Part shown: one piece after another, positions 26,478 through 39,305 of the stretch
How the letters are laid out: each line of letters opens with the position of its first letter
Position numbering within the stretch: the first letter of the stretch is position 1
Assembly (NCBI GenBank): GCA_977030845.1
Contig: OZ365110.1
Location: 19,902,001 to 19,966,000, forward strand
Direction of reading: 5' to 3'
Source: Fimbriosthenelais zetlandica
Taxonomy: Eukaryota
DNA: 64,000 nt
The notes under the pieces: generated by a model
Seen by the model: the letters and a program-made list of their open reading frames with translations, nothing else
Told to the model about the DNA's origin: nothing
Databases searched by the model: none
Program-made: the position numbers and the translations under genes

Positions 26478-29190
26478 AATGATAAATCATATCAAATTTA
26501 TCTCAAAAATGTTCCTTCTAATAGACCCTCTGAAAAAATACATTGGTTATGGCACCAGACATTTGTTTCAAAATAATGTGGTGCATCCAGGCAGCTCAGA
26601 AAAAAAACAGTAAAACGTTAATGAAATTTGGTGCAGTATGGATGGAACATGAGAGTTGTAAGGGTCCTTATTCCTCATGGAGTGAGATGAATGGCTAATA
26701 ACTTGAGGGGATTCTAGATGGTGCATAATCACCGCGATCCTCCAGCTGTGTTCACACTACACATCCCTGAGTATTCACGCAGAGAAGTTTACCTCTGAGT
26801 GTTGAAACCTCAGTGTCCAAATATTCTATTTTCCCCTACACTATTCATGAGCATTTAAGTGGTCTAAATCTGAGGAAAATTGTTCAAATTACAAACGGTG
26901 CAAATAACATCCTCGTTCTATGGAAGGAAATGCGTATCTCATACTATGCAACATCTGCGTCAGTGTTTCGGCGAATATCAAAATATAATAGGGGGGCTCT
27001 CTGTGCTCTCTGAGACATATTGTCTGCATGCTATTATGATATGAAAAGATATTCTGTAAGGAAGATATATGACTTTCTACTATACTTGAAGTACATTATT
27101 CTCTGTATATACATGTATAGACACCCTCTGTATTTATCACTCTACGGTGGAGACGAAGGTAATCCTTAAAATCTAGCAATGGACTTTGGGGACAGTCATA
27201 TGGAAATTCTGGCTATTGTGAGTGACTGATCCTGTGTCACATATACGATGATTGATACATGGAGTGAGTGTTGAGCTGTGGCGTGTAAACGTGATTAATA
27301 TGTATACCGAATGGAGTCTTATACAAGAAGTTGAAAGCATTATCATAGGCCAGAGATGCAGCAGGTGCAGGTCATCTATTTCTATGTCAATAGATTCCTC
27401 TTCGATAGATCTGTATTGTTACCGCTCTCGTCAAATGTGAAAAAGTAGGAGTCTTCTTATAAAGATGATTTCAGTCTTTTTATAGTTTTCTTTGGGATCC
27501 TGAGAATGACAATGGGATAATATGATGCAAATTGGTTTCACTTGGCTCATGGAATTTCGGGGAGAAGGGGCTGTCTTGATTCAACATGTAAAGAAAATCC
27601 CTTCTTTTAGATCTCTTTTCTCAATTGTATATGAAATGCTGAGTGTCTCTTCCAAGTGATTTAATATAGACATCAAACAGAATTATAAATGCGGACGGCT
27701 GAAATTGTGTATTCTTAATTTATCTCATGTGTTCTATATTATTTGATTATCAGATTGGTCTGAGAACATTTAAGTATTAAAATGTAATATATGGTAGTTG
27801 AGACTTAAAACATAGACATTTCTATTGTTTGCCAGGAAGAGAATATTTAAGAGAATTTTCCCCGTGGCTGCACATCTCACTCTCAATCAGTTAACTGCCA
27901 CCAAACGTTGTCACAAAAGGTAGAAATCCAATTTATCGACGACCATTTCAATGTTGCAGCTAACACTAATAAAAAACTGATTTAGCAAGAGGGCGTTCAA
28001 CATTTTTAAATTAGATTTACGTGTCTCTGCACGTTGGGAGGAATTCAAAAATTGTGTTGGTGAGATATTTCATGCTCAAGAAACCTTGGACTGGCTTGAT
28101 CCATCGCAATAAAGGGAACGGTATGGAAATACTTCCATCTGTACGCACGATCCTCACAGTAATAAATCTGTTTAAAGTATGCGTTTGGGAGAATTGATGG
28201 GAAGCCAAACGTGACAGAGTGGGCTTGTGGGACTCTCTTAACTGAACGCCACAGAACTGTGTTTGTCTTTTCTTATCTTTAGTTTGGAAACTCTTCTAAT
28301 TTTGAACTTCATAATTATCCAGCACTTCCAGCACAAAATTCTCCACGCAGGTAATTTGGATACTACGCCTATATCTAGGTATCATTCAGCAACTGGCATT
28401 TAAAATATTCAGGAAAATAGAAGTTTAAGAAACTCAGGCTTTTATTCGGTAATGCAAAGATATCTTGAAAGTTTGGTGGAAGTATTTTAAAACTTTACCT
28501 TCTTTAGGTACATGATCACTATCAAAGCCTAATAACCTAGATAAACCTGACAAACATCCAAATACAATAATGTAAGTCGAGAGTTGCATACAAGTTCTTA
28601 GTTGAACCCTATCTCGGTCCCTCCTGTCTTCACAAGTATATGTGTCTTTGAAAGGTTATTCTAAGCCATCTGACAAAGCTCAGCATGTTCTTTGCATCGT
28701 AAAATAGAAAGGCCTTGCTCGAAGTATTTTGCTTTTCCTTTTGGTGAAGAGATACCCCCTTTTGACAGAGGGTTTTTCATTGGACCACGCTTGTCACGTG
28801 GTGTCTTCCAGTCACTGCCATGATTGATATTTCCTCCACACTGGAGACTTCAGGGGGTAAAAGGGACTCGTTTATTCACCTGAATCCAATAGGTCCCTGG
28901 TGCTTTAGCACTTTTATTTTTGGCTAAAATAGTTTCAGGAAAGGTTTTCTTTCAGACTACATCTTCTCTGTTGGTCATGCAACTCTATGGAGTAAACCGG
29001 AGTGTGGGTGTCATGAAGGCTCATGAACAATGGTAATGTTTCCTCTTACAGGATGTGTCACCGCCCACACGGGAAGAAATCAAGGACATTTATAATCTTT
29101 AGACATTGGGCCTCGTAGCCTCCTAGACTCTGTCTCCCCATCTTCTCAAAATAGAGTACCGTCAAGCAATTATAATTATATTATATTAAT

Positions 29191-29268
29191 TAATATGATT
29201 TATTTTTATTTTTCAGGTGAGTTACCTTCCCAGTGTATTTTAAATTGATTATATAGCACGAGGTAAGT
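29191..29268 (+). other. Acceptor + immediate donor + 46-nt exon + second donor (RS-site/RS-exon architecture)
   Basis: ATTTATTTTTATTTTTCAG|GTGAGT at 29216/29217, then GAG|GTAAGT at 29262/29263. The 46-nt segment has stop codons in all three frames. Confidence 0.45.
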
Positions 29269-29389
29269 GGTGAAATTCAATCATATTTTGGGACAATCAA
29301 TTCATGGTAGTATCACACTATTGATTCTTGTCCTCTTATGGTTCAATGGGGGATAAAGCTTGTCGAGCCAATTACCTTTAGTTACAACC

Positions 29390-30050
29390 CTAGAAGAAAA
29401 TAGAAAGCTGAGATTCTAACATGAACTGGAGTCGGCCGTATTGAAGGGGAGCTTTTGATAGTGGTTTCAACAGCAAGGCAATGCCTAATGAGAAGATGTT
29501 TGGGTTGTTCATCCTCAGCTTTAATTTTTCCTCAGTGATGTCTTGTAATTGGGCCATAAATGTAAATTTGTACATTAGGCATGGGTGAAGAATGGCTCTG
29601 GCTTTCAATCTGATTCTTTTTCACAACCACCAGAAATGATAATAGTGTTCCATTAGCAATTCTCCTACCCATTGCGGTCTAATAAGGATAAATTGTCCCA
29701 TTGCATATGTTCATTATCCTTAACGATGATATTCTCTGAAGGGGATCATCTGGGTTACAAAAATATTAAGAGGATTGAGCATCCATGAAGGAATGTCAGA
29801 AATCTGAGATCTGACCAAGGGTTGAAGGAATAAGATATCCATTTTATCAATCCTTTCCCCATAAAAATCTTGCTCAGATGTTAATTATTTCTGGGAATGG
29901 TTTTCTGAATTTAAAGATCTTATGGATATCCTTTACTGTTCATTCACCAGGCGATCATTTCATTCCAAGCTAGGTCGGCCCAGGACAGATAGAACCACCT
30001 GGAACACTTTATATTAATTGATTTATTAATCATATACCTCTTCATGATGA
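29390..30050 (-). mobile_element. Possible highly decayed Penelope-like element (RT thumb to GIY-YIG C-terminus)
   Basis: Minus-strand pieces KCSRWFYLSW, SKGYP (29937-29923) and NNPNIFSLGIALLLKPLSKAPL...SQLSIFF occur in the order expected for the PLE segments RA..ICS.W, NGYP and N.F.L.I.ESLLI..P.LN..S..L.LF. There are many stops and the match was made by eye. Confidence 0.2.
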
Positions 30051-33000
30051 CCAACTTGGGTGTTTAATCAATGTAACTGATTAGATTGTGTGCACATTGC
30101 CTCATAATAGCATCTATAGAAAATTTCTAAGTTAATTTATTTTAGATATAAATTCTATCTTTGTATATTAGATAGATATACCCGAATGAGGACCGAATGG
30201 CTTTTAAATAACATTCCAAACCTGAGAGAAAAATTGCAGAAACAGCTAACCAGGGTTTATTCCGTAATGAATGAAAGGGTTTTTCCAAATCAGGCAGGCC
30301 AGCATGGGAGTGATCCACTAATTGATTAATCTCATCGGATTAAGCAATCACTTGTCAAAGTGTTATCTATTGCTTACTTCCCTGCCTCAGAAGGAAGCCT
30401 ATCAATCATGGTCCTCAAAACCTGGACATGGGTTCAACTTCAAGCTTTCTGCTTCAAGCATGGCCCGGCAACAAGCAATTGATAATGGCTGCACATAGAA
30501 AAAACATCTAGGGATGTTTGTGTTGTGCAATGTTTTGGATATTTCTCTACTGGCACATAATACACCAGCCCTAAGGGAATCATGCCCAATACTGTGAGCA
30601 TTATCGGGCCCTCTGATCTCTAATTAAAGAAAAACAAGTCCTACATGGAGAAGAAGTTATCACAATTCCACTTGGTTAGCTCAGCAAGTATATCAGATAC
30701 ACACATCTTGACAGTGTACTCAAGAATAATGATGTCACTGTCCTATTGCATCTCATTCATTTAATTTTGCTGTAATAGGAGACTGCAAGAAGGTTGATAT
30801 TTTTGATAAAGTTCCTGGAGATAGCATGTATTATAATATTGGATATTTTGCATAATAATTATGTACCGGTTTACCTAATAATTCGTTTTTGAATAATGTA
30901 ACCCTTTATAGGCATATTATATAGATTTGGCCGTCTGTTAGTTAAAAAGTTAGAGAAAGCTGTTAGTGGAAAAAGTAAAGAGTGGGAATTGCAGTCCCAA
31001 CTGATATTTTCCCCATAGAATATGTGAGGAGAGTGAAAGAGGTGATGGTGCGAAACGTAGAACTTTGATGGATGCCCTTCATGATGGCTTATACATTATC
31101 CTTCCAGAACAATTTAAGCTCTACTAATATCTCCATTCCTCGCTCCCAATTAAGCACCTTTAACTCATTCCTTTATTTTGAAAGGCCCTCATATATGTCT
31201 GAGATAAGAAACATGATGTGTTTCTTTCCAGAGCTATGCCTGATGTAGCAGTAGTAGGTCCTGAATGATGTTTTCCTCTCAGACATGTTAGTTCTTTTAG
31301 CCTGACCGAGATTTATAATGATGTAGGCAATCCCCAGGGCCAAGAGAAAAATGGAATATCCAGACTTTGGCTTACGAGTCAGCACCGTCTTCAAGGCAAT
31401 ACCTCTGAATAAGATATTTTCCCATTGGGATACTATGTTTTTCTTTACAAGGCTCTCAGCATGGAAACAGGGGATTTCCTTATTTCTTTTCCGCTGAAAA
31501 AATTTCGTATCAGATGTGCTTACAAGCTTGGCGAACACAGCAATAAAACCATGCTTTAGTGTATCTAAATGTTCATATATATTTCAAGCTGTGCTTGTCC
31601 AAAGTAACCATACATAGACCACCATTTATATTATATGAAAATATGCTAACACCCTGGGAGGTATTGCATACGTTTCCACCAATCCTGTCTTATTTCTTCA
31701 ACTTTATAAATGTATACGTGGATAAGTTTTTCAAGATGCATATCAAAATTCATGCCTATGGATTTGTAACATGGATCTAAAGCAGTTTCCCCTATATATA
31801 ATGTTACGATGCCTCCCGGACCATTTTCGAGTAAGGTATGGCGAGAATGTTTATAAATTTTGTAAAATGAAGATGGATCCAGCCATTATCAGTGACAATT
31901 CAGGCACATAGAATACCTACCCCTCTCAGTAGGATATGATACACTCGTGTCAAGTCTGCCATCGTCGGGAGGTGAACCTACCTAATGCCTCTTATGTCAT
32001 TGATTAATTGATGAGCCACCAGCATATGAAATGATGGGCTTCGTGTAATATAATTTTTAAAGCTTTCCAAACCTCCCTGTCTAAACTTTAGTATATACCA
32101 TAACAGTTTTTATCTTTCCAAGGAGTAGATCCTTTGACATCCCATTTTTCACCTCCGAATGATCTATCCACTTCTAAAGAAATGCTTTAATTGCATCCAC
32201 ATTTAAGGTCTAAATTTAGAAGCCATTTCGACATGAATGTTAAAGGAAGCCTTATCCCCTCCGCCATGAAGTGTATATATAACTTATAAGTAACAGGTAT
32301 ACCAAAGTGAAACCATCTTCATGCTTCATGAAAATGCAGGCAAGCGGTAAGCAAGAGCAGGCGGTTTGATATTTATTAATGGGGAAAATAACACCTTGGT
32401 GAGAGATCCTAGTCACACCCGCCACTTCATTTGACAGCTGATATGGCATTGGGGTGGCATAAAAATGGTCAAAGACTAATGTCAACCATGGGAGGCGCTG
32501 TTATTAATCTATAGCCTCCACAGCCACGGGTTTGCTAAGCACTTTATGTCCAAGTATTATCCTAGTTTTTCAGTATTTGATTGGAAGGATACTGACCTGT
32601 TTTGAAGTATGTTTCATTGGTGAGAGTTCCTCAGCTACTTCATAGCTTCGGTGTTATCCCTTCAGGACCTGGCATGTTTGTATTATCACATATATTAGTT
32701 ATTGGGGCAAACTGCTCACCTGTAATGCCAACCCGCTATTGAAGTAGGTCTACCAATGATTGCATTGCCTTTATCATGTTAAATCTGAAGTATCGGTTGC
32801 CGAAACTCAGCATAAACCAAAAGTCTACTCATAAATCCACACGTCTGTGGTTCTCTCTGAAATCGTATTCTGTCTGTACTACTGTAGCATGTAGTAGAAA
32901 CAATGCAAATAGTAGCAAACACATTATAGTTCTAAGGAGAACTGCAACCTAAGTTTAGTTTAGCTGTAGCCAGATTGTCTAGCTCTGTTGGATGTTTGAA

Positions 33001-35137
33001 ATATAGCATCATTATACAGTCTGATGAGAACCTGAATGGTCTGAGCGGAATTTCAAAAAGGGTTAACCAAGTTATGTACTCCCATGGGCTAAAACTGCAC
33101 TTTGTGACCTGAACAATTGTTTGAAGTAATGACCTTCACTTGTTTATTGGAACATTGATTTATACACAACATATGCTATTTAGATTTTGATGAGTGATGG
33201 ACAAGGTCATGGATAATTAGGACATTTTAATATGGGATATAAACAGCACTATATTGGGGGAACTGTTTTTAAAGTGGCATATCCATGATGCAATAAATCT
33301 AGAATATAAGTTATATATATCATCATATTGTTACATTGCGTGGGCTCATGAAAGGCAAATTGAAGATAAACACTGTGAATACTTCATTAGGAAGCGCTGG
33401 ACTGACCTGCTGGAGCTTGTTCAATTAGGCAAATCAACCAGTTGGTTATCCAACCTATTCATTGCTTTCGTTCCCTGACACTACAATAAATGGTCCCTTT
33501 CCGTGCAGGTACATGCAATGTTATTCATCAAAGGCTAGATATGAGTTGTGGTATTTGTGTTGTTATTGGTGGTGGTGGTGGCGACAGTGTTATTTTTCTC
33601 CAGTATTATGTTTAGCACCGTCTTTGGGTTGTAAAAGGCGAAGCAAATTGACATAACTATGGGCACTGTGTAGCAAGTAAAGGCTGAGAGAGTGTGGTAA
33701 GACATGGGACTAGGATAGATGTAATCCCCGAGTCAATATTATCAGTGCAAACATGATTTATTGGTCTTGGTCGCCTTAGAGGTACCTGGAGGAGGAAAAG
33801 GAAGGGTGATGGAGGATAATACAGGAGGGGGAGCTGTCATGGTGTCAACCCCGCATGAACATTGTAATGAAACCCTTTCTGATAAGGCTGTACTCTGGGT
33901 ATTATTTGCTTGGTTGCCTTCCTGGGTTACGCTCCATCAACAACTAGAAATGTTCTGCACTACCTACTCAATGAGTCCTAAGCCTCTTCAAGCTGTAACG
34001 AAATCCATAATAATTCTAGAGTAGATTTAACCCCAGGAAAATGTAATAAAGGGATAGTTATTCATATTTATTTGACGTTTAAGACTCAGGATTTGCTAAT
34101 TGAGGATGACGCGTGTTCGACCAGATGGTTGTCTTTGTAAGAATAGCTTGTCCAATTAGTATTTATGGTCTAAATTATATAGTGAGCTGAACATACTGAT
34201 GAGAAATGCGTGGGAGGCAAGGTGACTAAACAATTGGCAATGCCAATGGTTTCTCTTAAAAAACTCTTCTAAGCAATAACATTTATTGGTCTCGAACTAA
34301 GTGCCTCTAGATCTCTCTAGTTGTTATCAGTCTTGGCTAACCAGCACTCATCACTAAGTTCAAACAGTCAGCAATCTTCCTATTTCAGCTCAGATGAATT
34401 AGAACTGGAACAGCTGAATTAGTCTCTGCCAAATGGAAGATATACGGGGCAGGAATAAAGTGGTCGTAACTTTTAGTCAGCACAGTACATCGCAATCACT
34501 GGGCAACAAGTGTCTATTTCATTTACACTTTATTAAGCTCTAGATGTAATGGATTCCCAGTGCAATGGCTCACAGGTCTTAAACATGTAGTTTATGATAG
34601 AGAGTACGTGTAGCTGGAGTTTGGGGTTTACTTGAATAAACATCCATGTACACTGACTGCGATGGCCGCCAGTAATTGGGGACATGATAAGGTCAATCAT
34701 TTGATCCGTCCTTGACAGTTAGTGAGATGTGAGGCTGGTCTAAACCACCATTAGGAACATATTGCTGGATTACCGTGCATCCTGTTCTAGTCAATATGGC
34801 AACCAGCCCTGGCGATGACTGGCTTATAATCCACATCATTGTGGGACATCATTTTTCAAAAGAGCGGATTTATAACAGAACTCGTAAATCAAGCTCCTGA
34901 AACAAGGCATGAACTCAACCATGGACGACAAGCTTTATTAGAAGCTGTCTGGTTGTGGGTGCTAAATTTTGCACTTGGCATTTCAGGCTTTGCATGCGAG
35001 GCGTGAAACACAAAGGACAAGGCCCTGTAGAATACAGATCTGACCCCTGGGATACAGGTAGACACTGTCAGTAGCCAGGCTTAATGTCACCAGTCGTTAT
35101 CACTGTTCCCATGGTGTGTCACAGACACAGTACTCAC

Positions 35138-35314
35138 CCGCGCCACTGGCTGAGTTCTGTATGGTGGAAGGTAGCGTCAGTTAGTGGCTCCATAACATGT
35201 TGCACTCATGACCACTCAGAGCTCTCCTCCTCCACTTCTGGCATCCAGGGTGTCGCTCTATGTGTGTGTATGGAGATACTCCCGTTTCCATGGTGACTGC
35301 TGGAGATCCACAAT
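35138..35314 (-). pseudogene. Sushi/CCP-like 177-nt phase-1/phase-1 exon with an in-frame stop
   Basis: Acceptor TTTCTACCCCCAATCAG| and donor GCGG|GTGAGT. Reads DCGSPAV...GC...LSG..C...WSH-stop (TAA at 35183-35181). The fourth Cys is absent. Confidence 0.25.
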
Positions 35315-35717
35315 CTGATTGGGGGTAGAAATGATAGATGGAGCCGAGCTGCAGGCCTAAAGAAGTAAGAGCAGGCAAGGTGTGTAGACCATAATAAAAT
35401 GTCGAGTGGCGAATGATAGCAGATATTGGTGGCTGATATTATTCACAGTCATGCTCGACATACTCTTGTCTGGTTCTTCTCCACAAATGTATACTAGTCA
35501 CCTGGTATAAAGTACATGTACATCAAATAGATAACACTGATGCTGAAAGTGACCTTAATTTCGGCAATGTCTGCATTATTAATTTTATGAATCAAACGTG
35601 TCCGGGAGCAATTGCTCTTTTAACTTTTATCTTTTTGTTTGATGAATAATTTTTTTCACCATTCATATTTTTTTCTCTCCTTGCATCCCTTTCATTCTTT
35701 CCTGACTTTATTATCAG

Positions 35718-35764
35718 TCTGCCATAAGCAAATATCAAGAGTCAAACATAAGAAAGTCGTCAAA
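35718..35764 (+). other. Candidate 47-nt exon
   Basis: A long pyrimidine tract ending TTTATTATCAG| (35717) and a donor CAAA|GTAAGT (35764/35765). Two frames are open (SAISKYQESNIRKSS or CHKQISRVKHKKVVK). Confidence 0.25.
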
Positions 35765-36645
35765 GTAAGTTTGACCCTCTAGGGTACTTTTACAGTTCCT
35801 CTGGGTGTTTGGTCACATCCATACATATGAAGTGTAAATCTGTTTGCCCTTTGAATAAAGTCTCAATACCTGTTGGGTGGGGATTAAAGCCCATGTGAGC
35901 TAAGCACTGCCTAATGCTAACAAAAGCCAATAGGGAGAGCCACATAGAGCAAAGCGCTGTCCAAATATTTGAACAAGAAACAGGAGGTTAAGATCAGGCA
36001 GACAACGTCAATGACCTGCCCCAAGGAAGGCCATTATTACATGGACCGTCCAAAGGTAGTGATTGGCTTGTAGTGAGTGATAGTCGGTCATATCCATGAT
36101 CCACTGTGCAATTAAGTTCCAATGCCTTTAATATTATACTCATTTATTCTATTATCCTTTCGAAGATAATATTTTTTTAATCAGATCTGCTACAGATCTT
36201 ATAAACAAGAGGAATATTACAATAAAAACTGTGTCTTTGAAAGCTGAAGTTTTTTTTCAATCTCGAACGCCTTCTCTAACATTCAGCATTGAGAGTTTAA
36301 AAGTTAAGGCTATAATGCAGTCACTTTCAGGATTCAGGTATACCCACTTCTCTCTGTGACTATCTAGAGAGTAATAGTAGTAGAAGTAGTGATAGGAGTA
36401 TAGTGGGAGAAGCGAGCAGCAATTGTCAACACCAACTCAAGTGCTAGCAGTGAGTCCAGCATGACTGGCTCTGGCACCAGGCAGGAGAGGAAGAAAGAGA
36501 AGGGATCCTTCCAGAGAAGGAGGAGGTGGAAGAAGTGGGTGAGACTCAGTGAGAGAGTACTACTTCTCCTGGAAAAGGAACCTGGATTCAGTCACTGAGC
36601 TGCTCCTATTGCCAAGAGCCAGCTGAAGAAGAAGCAGCGAGCAGT

Positions 36646-36675
36646 TGTGGTGGTGGTGGTGGTAGTGGTGGTGGG
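36646..36675. repeat. Imperfect (TGG)n microsatellite within a low-complexity purine-rich block
   Basis: GGT x5 at 36649-36663, then AGT GGT GGT. It is preceded by GTA/GA-rich low-complexity sequence from about 36370. Confidence 0.85.
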
Positions 36676-38535
36676 CTACTACTGCTCAACACACTCTCAC
36701 ATATTCCTCTCATGGAGGTTGCAGCATGTGGATCTAACCATCCATCGCAGACAGTTAGTGAGTCCATGAATGGGGGTCCTCATTAAAAGACCACCAAGTT
36801 TCTCTGCCAGATTTCAACATCACACATACAGTACTGACAAAGCCACATGATTGTCACCAGTCTTTTTGGACTTCATGACAAGCTGCCACAAATCATCTTA
36901 GGAGGTGTTGGCTTACTTCTAGGAGTGTTGTCATTGCTCAATACTGGCTTATATCTCTCTCTCTCCAGATTATATGAGACATCGTATTACTCCAGCCTTC
37001 TATATCTCTCTCCATCGTTCCACATCACTTGCTCCCCCCCCCCCTCCACCCCAATTCACCACACAAACACACACTGAGTGACACCCGTCTTGAACATACA
37101 CATGTATCCATCATTTGTCCCTCCAGTGCTTTAGTATAATAACCTCCCGTTTGTCATTGCACGAGGGCATCGTAAAACTGCTATATCAACTCTTCCAGTG
37201 ACCACGGATTGCAGCTGCAGTGACCCTGGGATTTTCTCTTTTGATTCCTGCAGAAGAAGGCTTCCTCAAGCCTTATGTACAAGCCTTGTCTATTTATGAT
37301 CAGTCACCTGTTGGGGACAGTGCTGGTCCAGTTCTTCTACCAAGATTTGTTTTCCAAGGGGCCAGACCACAGGAAGCATTGAGCGACACCAGCTGGAGGG
37401 ATATATATCATCCAAGCCTCCAGGCATCATAGCCCTGTCACATGTGCATCCTATAGACATAGGATTAGTACACCATGTACTAACTGTTATCATTGTTGTG
37501 AATCATCACACCTCTGCCCTGCATCCAGCCTAATTGATAGGTTGCAGTGTTTACAACCGGCTTGTCGACATGCCATGTACTGGATACTAGGTCGTATAGC
37601 CAGCAGCCCCCACGTGGATTTCCTTCCAGCATTCCTATAGAAATTGATCTCTGCCATCTTTACCAGTGGCTCACTTACATATTAAGGATTTGGATACGAT
37701 ACTTCACAAGTAGTCGCCAAAGCATGGCGTCTAAAAAAGCTTCCGACATGGGATTCATTGTGTATTGAAAGTGTTAATGGGATGAAATGTAATGAAAGCA
37801 GTTTTTGTTTAAGGTACACACACCTAGGGATCTTCCCATACATGTGCGGTTGTTTTGTTCTCCCATGTGGCGGCATGCACTACTATATGCCCGGAGCCAC
37901 TGTATTATTATCCTAATTGCCAATGAGTATTGGTCCCACGATTGTGGGGGTTTTCTTGGATCTCACTATAAACTACCATTGCTCTCGCTGGATTAGCATT
38001 TAATCCCTTTGGGTCTTATTAATCCGAAAGTGGCCTGTTTCATGCCTCAGCCGCCTGCACGAGGTGTGTTAAATACCAACCTACCAGTGCAGCATTTAAT
38101 CCAATCTTAGCCAGTATAAAATCAGAGATATAAGAGAGAGTTAAGAAAAAAACTCTTCTCTTTGTGGATGCCACTCTGTGCTCTACCTGCCTAAGGATCC
38201 ATACATAATTGTGGTGTGTTTTTTATACCTGGATTAGAGTCCATTTCAAGTCACTTGGAGAACAAGGTATTATCTCAGTTTTTTGATTGACCGAAGAGCA
38301 CTGAAATTATCCTCCCATCAAGTTGGAGGTTTTCTCATCTTTTTCTGTTGGAACTGCATCGTGAGGTGTCTTTGATTGACACCACGTAAGACTTAACACT
38401 ATGAATGCACTCTGCTCTTGGGCGGGCCGGTTTATGGTGAGAATAGTAGACCGGTATATATTAACAAAAGGTTGGTAATTTTTATTACTAGATCTTGTCT
38501 TATGCTTTACATTTATCCAGCTATTAAAGCATTAT

Positions 38536-38718
38536 TTTCCAACTGGTTTTAAAATGCCTTTTGGAACGACGTTCAATGATCTTTCCACGCCAATGCCGAA
38601 TCTGTGGAAAAAAGCAAACTTGCGGAAAATAATTATGCACTTGAAGAAATCTCTCAACCCCGAATATGAATTAAATGTGAAGTTGAAATCCTTCACAACT
38701 TTCTTTGGCATTACCCTT
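38536..38718 (+). mobile_element. Faint LINE RT N-terminal remnant
   Basis: The ATG-less frame contains TTFNDLSTPMPNLWKKANLRKIIMHLKK, which resembles the conserved L.FN..L..G.FP..WK.A.V.PI.KK segment. The following YRPISL motif is absent. Confidence 0.25.
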
Positions 38719-39260
38719 TGATGAAACATCGCAAACATCTCATGACGTTTTGGATCGATGTAGATATTTTAATACAATAGCTTACTATTAGCGTGGTGAT
38801 TAAACTGGTTGTAAAAAATAATCTGGCATTGAATGTTGAAATATTCCCCGGATCTTGAACAATAAGGGGAATTAATTCAGGAATTACTTTACTGCGACAC
38901 AGATGTGGAAATAGTTTCAAATGTAAGGAACAATACAAAACAGTTTATATAACAGGTTCGTCATTGTTTCATTGCCAACAATGAGCGATATGGAGGGGTT
39001 TTAGTTATATGTTTTTATTGTTTAGCTTTTGCACAGCATGATTTATTCTATGTTGGTAGGCCTATCATGGAATGTAATCTTGTTGGACAAAATGATACCA
39101 GCACAAATGTTAGCAAACACATAAAAAATATTTAATTCCCTTGTTTTGGCTTGGCTGGCCAAAAATTAGATTTGAAAGGACCCTTCTTCCCAATTTGCAT
39201 ATCCCTTTCGTTGACAAATCTTGATCTATGTGTAATGAAAAAACAAATGTTTTGTGAGGA

Positions 39261-39305
39261 AATAATAGTAATATCTCGATCAATAATAGACCTATCTCGA
39301 TCAAT
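39261..39305. repeat. Imperfect 21-bp tandem duplication
   Basis: AATAATAGTAATATCTCGATC (39261-39281) and AATAATAGACCTATCTCGATC (39282-39302), with 3 mismatches. Confidence 0.85.

Noticed and set aside
31173-31538. 121-aa minus ORF with KKNIVSQWENI...GYSIF, faintly like a DIRS RT N-terminus
   Set aside because: No downstream RT, RNase H or tyrosine recombinase motifs are visible.
33900-33950. Minus-strand LMERNPGR, resembling a 2A-like DxExNPGP
   Set aside because: It lacks the Asp and the final Pro, and there is a stop just upstream.
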